From Pristiophorus japonicus (lineage: Eukaryota), in the NCBI RefSeq assembly GCF_044704955.1, contig NC_091979.1, positions 317,068,001 through 317,132,000 on the forward strand: a stretch of DNA of 64,000 nt, written 5' to 3'. Position numbers and translations under genes: made by a program. The notes under the pieces are model-generated. The model had not been told where the DNA came from, searched no databases, and worked only from the letters and a program-made list of their open reading frames with translations. This document shows positions 48,775 through 58,490 of this stretch, one piece after another. Positions within the stretch are counted from its first letter, which is position 1, and the number at the start of each line of letters is the position of its first letter.

Positions 48775-51380
48775 GCTAGTTGGATCCAAAATTGGTTCAG
48801 CGGTAAGAAGCAAAGGGTAATGGTAAATGGATGTTTTTGTGACTGGAAGGATGTTTCCAGTGGGGTCCGCAGGGCTCAGTACTGGGTTTCTTGCTTTTTG
48901 TGGTATACATCAATGATCTAGATTTGATTATCGGGAGTATGATTAAGAAGTTTGCAGGTGACACCAAAATTGGCTGTGTGGTCGTTAATGAAGCAGAAAG
49001 TCATGGACTGCAGGAGGATATCAATCTAATGGTCAGGTGGGCAGAGCAGTGGCAAATGGAATTTAATTTGGATAAGTATGAGGTAATGCACTTTGAGAGG
49101 GCTAATAAGGAAAGGGTATACACATTAACCGGTAAAAGTGTAGATGAATAAAGGGATCTTGGAGTGCTTGTCCACAGATCCCTGAAAGTAGCAGGCCAGG
49201 TGGATAAGGTGGTGAAGAAGGCATACGGAATGGTTGCCTTTCTTGGCTGAGGCACATAATACAAGAGCAGGGAGGTTATGCTTAAAATGTATAATACTTT
49301 GGTTAGGCCACAGCTGGAGTACTGCGTGCAGTTCTGGTCGCCATATTATAGAAAGGACGTGATTGCAATAGAGAGGGTGCAGAGGACATTTGCTAGGATG
49401 CTGCCTGGAATGGAGAAACTTAGCTATGAGGATAGAAACATAGAAACATAGAAAATAGATGCAGGATCAGGCCATTCAGCCCTTCTCGCCTGCACCATCA
49501 TTCAATCAGTTCATGGCTGAACATGAAACTTCAGTACCCCCTTCCTGCTTTCTCGCCATACCCCTTGATCCCCCGAGTAGTAAGGACTTCATCTAACTCC
49601 CTTTTGAATATATTTAGTGAATTGGCCTCAACTACTTTCTGTGGTAGAGAATTCCACAGGTTCACCACTCTCTGGGTGAAGAAGTTTCTCCTCATCTCGG
49701 TCCTAAATGGCTTACCCCTTATCCTTAGACTGTGACTTCCCCAACATTGGGAACATTCTTCCTGCATCTAACCTGTCTAAACCCGTCAGAATTTTAAACG
49801 TTTCTATGAGGTCCCCTCTCATTCTTCTGAACTCCAGTGAATACAAGCCCAGTTGATCCAGTCTTTCTTGATAGGTCAGTCCCACCATCCCGGGAATCAG
49901 TCTGGTGAATCTTCGCTGCACTCTCTCAATAGCAAGAATGTCCTTCCTCAAGTTAGGAGACCAAAACTGTACACAATACTCCAGGTGTGGCCTCACCAAG
50001 GCCCTGTACAACTGTAGCAACACCTCCCAGCCCCTGTACTCAAATCCCCTCGCTATGAAGGCCAACATGCCATTTGCTTTCTTAACCGCCTGCTGTACCT
50101 GCATGCCAACCTTCAATGACTGATGTACCATGACACCCAGGTCTCGTTGCACCTTCCCTTTTACTAATCTGTCACCATTCAGATAATAGTCTGTCTCTCT
50201 GTCTTTACCACCAAAGTGGATAACCTCACATTTATCCACATTATACTTCATCTGCCATTCATTTGCCCACTCACCTAACCTATCCAAGTCACTCTGCAGC
50301 CTCATAGCATCCTCCTCGCAGCTCACACTGCCACCCAACTTAGTGTCATCCGCAAATTTGGAGATACTACATTTAATCCCCTCATCTAAATCATTAATGT
50401 ACAATGTAAACAGCTGGGGCCCCAGCACAGAACCTTGTGGTACCCCACTAGTCACTGCCTGCCATTCTGAAAAGTACCCATTTACTCCTACTCTTTGCTT
50501 CCTGTCTGACAACCAGTTCTCAATCCACGTCAGCACACTACCCCCAATCCCATGTGCTTTAACTTTGCACATTAATCTCTTGTGTGGGACCTTGTCGAAA
50601 GCCTTCTGAAAGTCCAAATATACCACATCATTGGATAGGCTGTGTTTGTTCTCATTGGAACAGAGGATGTTGAGAGGAGACCTCATTGAGGTGTCCAAAA
50701 TTTTGAGGGGTCTGGATATAGTGGATAGCAAGGACCTATTTCCCTTGGTGGTGGGTTCAATTATGAGGGGGCATAGTTTTAAGGTGGTTGGTGGAAGGTT
50801 CAGAGGGGATTTGAGGGGTGGCTTTTTCAAGCAGAGGGTTGTGGGGGTCTGGAACTTAGGGCCTGGAAGGGTGGTGGATGTAGAAACCCTCAACACATTT
50901 AAAAGGTGCTTGGATGGACACTTGAAGTGCCATAATCTGCAGGGTTACATGGACCTAAAGCTGGTAAGTGGGATTAGACTGGATAACCTGTTGTTGGCAG
51001 GCACAGCTATGATGGTAAGTACTGCAGCAAATCGAATATATCCAGGGTGATCTGGACGAGTTTCGATTACCTGGATGGGTTGGAGAGGAATGTTCCGAGA
51101 TATTTTTTCCCCAATTGACCTGGGTTTTTATCTGTTTTTTGCCTTTCCCAGGAGATCACATGGCTCCGGTTGGGGAGGAGTGTAGAATGTTTCGGTGCAA
51201 GGGGTGTCGCAGTTGTGTGGGGCAGACTGGTTGGGCTGGGTGCTCTTTACCTTTCTGCCATTGTTCATTGTTCATACGTTTATATGTAACTTTCAGGGCT
51301 GCTGACTGAGGGCCGTATGTTTCTTTGTCGGCCGGTGTGGACACGATGGGCCGAAATGGCCTCCTTCTGCGTTGTAGATT
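48775..51380 (+). mobile_element. 5'-truncated CR1 of a different subfamily in IFIT, itself interrupted by the CR1 at 49432-50629
   Basis: WIQNW..KKQRVMVNG, FAGDTK, and LSYE..LDRL contiguous across the insertion. 3' end GGGCCGAAATGGCCTCC. Confidence 0.9.
49432..50629 (-). mobile_element. 5'-truncated young CR1
   Basis: (ATAGAAAC)n tail. RT is near-identical to the copy at 13148-15634. Confidence 0.95.
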
Positions 51381-52688
51381 TGCAATTGTGCAAAAATAAA
51401 TGATGGCTTCTGCTCAAATGCCTTTTCAAAATAGTACTTGCATTGATTGATCAACTCAGCTTTCTGTTGAAAAGCAGGATTGCGAGGGGCTTTGCTGCCT
51501 GGATATTTGATCAGTTGAAATATTTTTTTTCTGCAACACTGACCTATTTGGTGGTGTATGAAGGTAGAGTTTGGAGTAATTTTTAATGCTTTCTTCAACA
51601 GCTCCACAGCTTTTTCCACATCTCCTTCTCTTCTGTAAAATTTTGCTGCATAACGAGTTACATATGGAAGATCAGGGGACTTCTGCAATGCTTGTTCAAC
51701 TAATTCGTGTTCTTCCACCTTTTGATTGAACTCTTGTAGTTTTAGAGCCAACATGGCTACAGAGTCATCTGGATCAAGTTCCAGCACACGTCACAACTGC
51801 TTCACTGATTGGCTGCAGTCACCACTCTCTGGGGTACCAGAAAACCCTTCCAGACAGAACAAAACAGTCGCATAGCCAACGTTCCATTCAGTGTCATCAG
51901 GATCTTCCTCCAGAGTCTTCTCAAAACATTCCTTTGCCTCTTCATAGTATTGACAAGGAGAATTCAACAGTGACCAACCCTTCTCCCCGTATACTTCAGG
52001 TATCAGTGCTGTATACTGAGAGCCATCAGTAAATTATTTACAGATCATCTCCAGCTTGTCGAGGTAGGACTGGGCCTCTGTCAGTTGGCCCATGTGATAA
52101 TATACCCAGGCATAGTTTCCATAGGTGATGATGCTTCTTCTTTCAAATTCATGTTCATGGTTCTCCCTCAGAATCTTTTCAGCTTCCTTTAAGTTTTGAA
52201 TTGCCCCTTTGAATTGCCTTGCTGACAGTTTACAAATGCGAGGTGGTTGTCAGACCTGGCCTGATATTTCACACGAGCCTGTATTAAATCTTGTAATCTA
52301 TACTTCATGTCGTCCAAGTCAATGCTGTCTCTCTGTGGGCCCCACGTGAAGTGACATTGAAGCTGGCCAAGTTTTGCTTTCAAGCAATCATTCAGTGTGT
52401 TGCTGTAAGAGAACAAAATAATCAAAGCCCATCTTATGTGTATCTAACTTACATTTTTAGCTCATATATAATCAACATAGCAATGCTGGTAAAGTCAGAA
52501 TAGCAGAACAGATGAGCAGGTCAGTGCACATGGGCCCGGAACACCTCCCTGCAGCCTCACTGCCTGGCATCCCTCAGTTCGGGGGAAACCCATTGGAATC
52601 CCGTAATGGTCCCGGAGGCAACAACAAATGAACAATTGGCTCATGAGTGCCAGCAGAAATCCACGATCATCCATTAGTATGATCATAG

Positions 52689-53048
52689 GTAGGAACATAG
52701 GAACATGTTCCACCATTTAATTTATCATGGCTGAACTGTATCACAACTCCATCTACCCACCCTGGTTCTCTAACCCTTAATACCCTTGTCTAACAAAATT
52801 CTATCATCTCAGTTTTGACATTTTTAATTGGCCTAACCTCGACAGCTTATTGGGGGAGAGAGTTCCAGATTTCCACTACCCTTTGTGTGAAGAGGTGCTG
52901 TCTGACATCACCCCTGAATGGCTGAGCTCAAATTTCTATTTCATGCCCCCTTGTTCTGGCCTCCCCCACCAGAGGAAATCGTTTCTCTCGATCGACCCGG
53001 TCAAATCCTTTAATCATATCAAACATCTCAATTAGATCATCCCTTAAC
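52689..53048 (-). mobile_element. Old CR1 3' fragment
   Basis: (AGGAACAT)n tail and FTQRVVEIWNSLP-type sequence. Confidence 0.75.
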
Positions 53049-53593
53049 ACTGGGGAAAGAGGGCTCGGGGAATGGGAGACTGGGGAATGGGGGCTCGGGG
53101 AGAGGGAGACTGGGGAATGGGGGCTCGGGGAGAGGGAGACTGGGGAATGGGGGCTCGGGGAGAGGGAGACTGGGGAATGGGGGCTTGGGGAGAGTGAGAA
53201 TGGGGAATGGAGGCTTGGGGAGAGGGAGACTGGGGAATGGGAGCTCGGGGAGAGGGAGACTGGGGAATGGGGGCTCGGGGAGAGGGAGACTGGGAAATGG
53301 GGGCTTGGGGAGAGGGAAACTGGGGAATGGGGGCTCGGGGAGAGGGAGACTGGGGAATGAAGGCTTGGGGAGAGGGAAACTGGGGAATGGGGGCTCAGGG
53401 AGAGGGAGACTGGGGAATGGGAGCTCGGGGAGAGGGAGACTGGGGAATGGGGGCTCAGGGAGAAAGAGATTGGGGAATGGGGGCTCGGGGAGAGGAAGAC
53501 TGGGGAATGGGGCCTCGGGGAGATGGAGACTGGGGAATGGGGGCTCGGGGAGAGGGGGAATGGGGGCTCGGGAGAGAGAGACTGGGGAATGGG
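53049..53593. repeat. G-rich 30-bp minisatellite, left array, about 18 copies
   Basis: Unit GGGGGCTCGGGGAGAGGGAGACTGGGGAAT. Confidence 0.97.
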
Positions 53594-53751
53594 TCAGGGG
53601 GGATCATGGTGAGGCCAGGCGGGAGGTAGAAGAGGCCAGGTTGAGTGTAATTTATTCTGTGGGGGCCTGGAAGAGCTGGACTGATCCCTGGGCTCCAGAC
53701 AAGGTCACTGGGCCTCTCCAGCCCTGGCCTTCTCTCACACACCACAGCAAC

Positions 53752-53932
53752 TCCCTTCAGCCCCCTCCCAGCAGATCCTTTCAGTCCCTTCCCTGCAGAT
53801 CCCTTCAGCCCCCTCCCAGCCGATCCCTTCAGCCCCCTCCCAGCAGATCCCTTCAGCCCCCTCCGAACAGATCCATTCAGCCCCCTCCCAGCAGATCCCT
53901 TCAGCCCCCTCGCAGCAGATCCCTTGAACCCC
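53752..53932. repeat. C-rich 24-bp tandem repeat, about 7.5 copies
   Basis: Unit CCCTTCAGCCCCCTCCCAGCAGAT. Confidence 0.93.
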
Positions 53933-54052
53933 TCAGGAGATCGAGCTGCCGGGGGTGGGCAGAGCTTTCGGGGGGTTGGGAGTCGGGAAGTTGGGTTTGG
54001 ATGGTGGTGGGAGAACTCGGGACCGGGAGAGGCGGGGATTATCTTTAACCTA

Positions 54053-54096
54053 CCCGGCAACTGATGATGCAGCTCGCAGTATTTGTCTGATTGGAT
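54053..54096 (+). promoter_or_regulatory. MHC-type X1/X2-Y promoter module (RFX / CREB-ATF / NF-Y)
   Basis: CCCGGCAACTGATG (X1) overlaps TGATGATGC (X2-like), then a 20-bp spacer, then CTGATTGGAT (Y). This matches the motifs and 19-20 bp X-Y spacing of vertebrate MHC promoters. No S box at the canonical distance. Confidence 0.7.
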
Positions 54097-54279
54097 AGTT
54101 CAATGTTTGGAAAGTTTATTTCGGCACCAACACAAACTCTCCCCGTGTCTTTTCTTCCCGGAGCCTATTGACTCACAGCCTGTTTTTATTGTAATTGGAG
54201 ACAAATATACCCTCGAACCAATCGAACCGGAGGAGTCTGAGTGTAAAACACTCTGCACTGGGCAAAGCGCAAGAACAGA

Positions 54280-55358
54280 CAGCACAGGGCACAGAGACAG
54301 TCCCAGAGACACAGTATCAGCACAGGGCACCGAGACAGTCCCAGAGACACAGTATCAGCACAGGGCACAGAGAGACAGTCCCAGAGACACAGTATCAGCA
54401 CAGGGCACAGAGACAGTCCCAGAGACACAGTATCAGCACAGGGCACCGAGACAGTCCCAGAGACACAGTATCAGCACAGGGCACAGAGAGACAGTCCCAG
54501 AGACACAGTATCAGCACAGGGCACAGAGACAGTCCCAGAGACACAGTATCAGCACAGGGCACCAAGACAGTCCCGGAGACACAGTATCAGCATAGGGCAC
54601 AGAGAGACAGTCCCAGAGACACAGTATCAGCACAGGGCACAGAGAGACAGTCCCAGAGACACAGTATCAGCACAGGGCACAGAGAGACAGTCCCAGAGAC
54701 ACAGTATCAGCACAGGGCACAGAGAGACAGTCCCAGAGACACAGTATCAGCACAGGGCACAGAGAGACAGTCCCAGGGACACAGTATCAGCACTGGGCAC
54801 AGAGAGACAGTCCCAGAGACACAGTATCAGCACAGGGCACCGAGAGACAGTCTCAGAGACACAGTATCAGCACAGGGCACAGAGACAGTCCCAGAGACAC
54901 AGTATCAGCACAGGGCACAGAGACAGTCCCAGAGACACAGTATCAGCACTGGGCACAGAGAGACAGTCCCAGAGACACAGTATCGGCACAGGGCACAGAG
55001 AGACAGTCCCAGGGACACAGTATCAGCACTGGGCACAGAGAGACAGTCCCAGGGACACAGTATCAGCACAGGGCACAGAGAGACAGTCCCAGAGACACAG
55101 TATCAGCACAGGGCACAGAGAGACAGTCCCAGGGACACAGTATCAGCACTGGGCACAGAGAGACAGTCCCAGAGACACAGTATCAGCACTGGGCACAGAG
55201 AGACAGTCCCAGAGACACAGTATCAGCACTGGGCACAGAGAGACAGTCCCAGAGACACAGTATCAGCACTGGGCACAGAGAGACAGTCCCAGAGACACAG
55301 TATCAGCACAGGGCACAGAGAGACAGTCCCAGAGACACAGTATCGGCACAGGGCACAG
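54280..55358. repeat. 38/40-bp minisatellite, about 27 copies
   Basis: Unit AGCACAGGGCACAGAG(AG)ACAGTCCCAGAGACACAGTATC. Confidence 0.97.
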
Positions 55359-55454
55359 GAATCACACGGTCTGAATTGGGCGCAGCTCACGGACGGTCTC
55401 TCGGAAAAGGATTGCCTGCAAACCGCTCATTCCAGCCTGTCGAGGGAAGTAACA

Positions 55455-56522
55455 ATGTTTGGACTGACCGTGCTGGCCCTTCTGTGTGGAGAGGTGTGTG
55501 CAGGCTCTCACTCCCTACGGTACATGCACACGGCTATCACTCCGCTCCCGGGCATTGCTGAGTTCACCGATGTGGGTTATGTGGATGACCAGCAGTTTAT
55601 TTACTATGACAGTGTGAGCCGCCAGTACACCCCGCGGCAGCGGTGGATCAGGGAGAGCGAGGGCGCCGAGTACTGGGAGCGCTACACACAGATCCTGCGG
55701 GGCAAGGAGCAGGTGATGAAAGGCAACATTCAGACCGTCTTAACCCGCACCAACCAGACCGGCGGGATCCACACGCTGCAGAGGTTGTGCGGCTGTGAGC
55801 TGCGGGATGACGGCACCACCAGCGGCTTCTGGCAGTACGGCTGGGACGGGAAGGACCTGATCAGCTTCGACAAGGATCGCCTGGTGTGGGTCACCCCGGT
55901 ACCGTGGGGAGAGATCACCAAGAACAAGTGGGACCAGGACAGGGCCGAAATGCAGCAGGACAAAAGTTACCTGGAGCAGGAGTGCATCGAGTGGCTGAAG
56001 AAATACCTGAAGGCTGGAGAGAGAGAACTGGGAGCTGTTGCTCCTCAAGTGTTTCCTTCTGTGGACAAGGCGTCGAATATTAAAGCCCCCCAACTCTCCT
56101 GTCTCCTCACAGGTTTTTACCCTCGCGAAATCCAAGTGACCCTCCTGAGAAATGGCGAGCCAATCAGGGACACGGAATCCACGGGCATCCTGCCCAACCA
56201 CGATGGCACCTACCAGCTCACGACATGGGCTCAGATCGAGCCCGCGGATGGAGCCACCTATTCCTGTCAGTATGAGCAGAGCGGCCAAGCAGGAGGGAAG
56301 ACCCGAGACTGGGACGGGACGTTCCGAGTGACTCCAGGATCGCCAGAGGGAACAAATAGGGGTTTGATTGTTGGAATTGTGATTGCTGCCGTCGCCCTGA
56401 TTGCTCTTGTGATCGGTGCGGTTGTGTGGAAGAGGAGAGGAGGAGAGGAGACATCTGGTTACAGCCCAGCGAACCCTGCTGAACGAGGAGAATTATCCCC
56501 AAACTCACCAGCCCAAGCCTGA
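55455..56522 (+). CDS. MHC class I heavy chain, shark classical UAA-like, intronless, 355 aa
   Basis: ACAATG start and 16-aa leader. Alpha1 GSHSLRY..VGYVDD..EYW..NQT, alpha2 HTLQ..GC..WDGKD..TKNKW..YLEQECIEWLKKYL, Ig-C1 alpha3 C..TGFYP..PNHDGTYQ..YSC, then TM and a cytoplasmic GYSPA tail. Uninterrupted ORF. Confidence 0.95.
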   Translation: MFGLTVLALLCGEVCAGSHSLRYMHTAITPLPGIAEFTDVGYVDDQQFIYYDSVSRQYTPRQRWIRESEGAEYWERYTQILRGKEQVMKGNIQTVLTRTNQTGGIHTLQRLCGCELRDDGTTSGFWQYGWDGKDLISFDKDRLVWVTPVPWGEITKNKWDQDRAEMQQDKSYLEQECIEWLKKYLKAGERELGAVAPQVFPSVDKASNIKAPQLSCLLTGFYPREIQVTLLRNGEPIRDTESTGILPNHDGTYQLTTWAQIEPADGATYSCQYEQSGQAGGKTRDWDGTFRVTPGSPEGTNRGLIVGIVIAAVALIALVIGAVVWKRRGGEETSGYSPANPAERGELSPNSPAQA

Positions 56523-56773
56523 GGCTGGTCCCGAAGTGAAGTTCACTGGGACTAGAATCTGGACTTGCTGTGTCGCAAGGAGGGTTCATTCAGAAGCAAT
56601 CCACGATTCTGCATCTTCATTTCGTTTGATTGTCACTGGCTGCTGCCAGTGTTAATAGTAATCGGTAACGTATCTATCATTGAGTGGGTTTGGGGATATT
56701 TTCTTTTTGGTGATTGGATAGAAATCTCCAGTTGGGTCTTTTGGTGTTTAATGTAAATGAGATATGTCTAATT

Positions 56774-56834
56774 CGGCACGGGCTGGATGGCCAAATGGTC
56801 GTCTTCCGTGCTGCAACCATTCTATGATTCTATG
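56774..56834 (+). mobile_element. CR1 3'-terminal fragment with (ATTCTATG)2 tail ending the class I 3' region
   Basis: GGCACGGGCTGGATGGCCAAATGGTCGTCTTCCGTGCTGCAACCATTCTATGATTCTATG resembles the other CR1 3' ends in the window. Confidence 0.8.
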
Positions 56835-56847
56835 TATGGTGGCCGGA

Positions 56848-57628
56848 GGAGAGGGAGACTGGGAATGGGGGCTGGGGGAGAGAGGGAGACTGGGAATGGG
56901 GGCTTGGGGAGAGAGAGACTGGGGAATGGGGGCTCAGGGAGAGGGAGACTGGGGAATGGGGGCTCGTGGAGAGGGAGACTGGGGAATGGGGGGTGGGGGA
57001 GAGGGAGACTGGGGAATGGGGGCTCGGGGAGAGAGGGAGAGACTGGGGAATGGGGGCTTGGGAAGAGGGAGACTGGGAATGGGGGCTCCGGGCGAGGGAG
57101 ACTGGGGAATGGGGGCTTGGGGAGAGTGGGAGACTGAGGAATGGGAGCTTGGGGAGAGGGAGACTGGGGAATGGGGGTTCAGGGAGACGGTGACTGGGGA
57201 ATGGGGGCTCAGGGAGCGGGAGACTGGCGAATGGGGGCTTGGGGACTGGGAGACTTGGGAATGGGGGCTCGGGGAGAGAGAGACTGGGGAATGAGGGCTT
57301 GGGGAGAGGGAGACTTGGGAATGGGGCCTCGGGGAGAGAGAGACTGGGGAATGGGGGCTCGGGGAGCGGGAGACTGGGGAATGAGGGCTTGGGGAGAGGG
57401 AGACTTGGGAATGGGGCCTCGTGGAGAGAGAGACTGGGGAATGGGGGCTCGGGGAGAGAGGGAGACTGGGGAATGGGGGCTCTGGGAGAGGGAGACTGGG
57501 GAATGGGGGATTGGGGACTGGGAGACTTGGGAATGGGGGCTCGGGGAGATAGAGACTGGGGAATGGGGGCTCGGGGAGAGAGAGACTGGGGAATGGGGGC
57601 TCGGGGAGAGGGAGACTGGGGAATGGGG
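56848..57628. repeat. G-rich 30-bp minisatellite, right array, about 26 copies
   Basis: Same unit and orientation as 53049-53593, but more heterogeneous. Confidence 0.97.
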
Positions 57629-58490
57629 TGGGTGTGGGTTCCAGTATTTCCCCCAGAGCCGGGAGCAGCAGCAACGTGGTGAGTGGGAGTGACACTGAGA
57701 GAGGAGCAGCCAGTAAAGGGGTGAGTGAAACCTGGGGACCTTACTGTGGGTAAATAGTGAAAGATTATTTCCAGTGGTGGGCGAATGGGGAACTATGGAA
57801 CAGAAACCAAGGATTCTAAAACCTAAAGGGAACGTGATAAATATTTGAAAAGGAAGAATGTTATAAGATCTGGGGGGAATGGGATTACAGAAGAGAGTGC
57901 GAGCTCCGAGGCCGAATGGTCTCCTCCTGTGTAGTCATTTCTATAATTCTATGAAAACCCTCCTTTATTGAGACCGAACACATGGAATGGTTTAGAAATG
58001 TTGGTGCTGAGCTGAGTTTAGGACAATGTTCCCTGTGAGAAGTGCCCCAAACACTGAGCTCACTGCCCTTTGCGCAATCTCTCGGATTGGTTCAGGTGGG
58101 TCTGTGCCGGCCGGGTTTGACGTGTGAAGTCCAAATACAGATCAGCTCAGACTGAGGTTCCCAGTTCAGAATTGTCACCTTCACACGGAACCGGAGACCA
58201 AATCAGATTCCAAGGAGATAGAGAGAGAGATGGGGCCTGTTAAATGTGGCTTCAACTGGGGAGCCTGACCTCACCTGGTGCAGTGCAGGGGGATTCTGGG
58301 TATGGTTTCAGGGTGAGTATCAGTGGGTTAAAGTATTACTGCTAGTTACACGTAGGATAGAGAGACATTACACCTATTACTGCTTGTAACATATAGACTA
58401 TCAATGAGTTATTGTATTACTGTTGGTTGTGAGGGGCATCTGATTGTCAGCACTTTTTCGAAATCAGGGATTCCTAAAAATGTATAAAAC

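Larger units (their letters stand above)
47369..52402 (-). pseudogene. IFIT-family (IFIT5-like, TPR-repeat) pseudogene, main coding exon split by CR1s
   Basis: Acceptor TTACAG before 52402. Motifs LQCHFTW, TYGNYAWVYYHMG, YGEKGWSLL, RYAAKFYRREG and HHQIGQC (51381-52402). C-terminus QFGLFELH*KGSESNAI..FLEGL...LHQLDGEK..AI*CFEKALE (47369-47671). One frameshift and at least four stops. Confidence 0.93.

Noticed and set aside
48755-48790. Twin-priming 5' inversion of a single LINE
   Set aside because: The arms are different subfamilies, cover the same RT region and each has its own 3' end.
54280-55358. CACAGTA/CACAGGG as RAG recombination signal heptamers
   Set aside because: No ACAAAAACC-like nonamer at 12 or 23 bp spacing.
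54195-55454. 420-aa N-terminal extension of class I (775-aa ORF)
   Set aside because: It starts at TTG and is read-through of a stop-poor minisatellite. The signal peptide begins at ATG 55455.
53049-57628. G-rich arrays as immunoglobulin switch regions
   Set aside because: AGCT motifs are rare and there are no Ig constant exons. Kept only as G4-type direct repeats.
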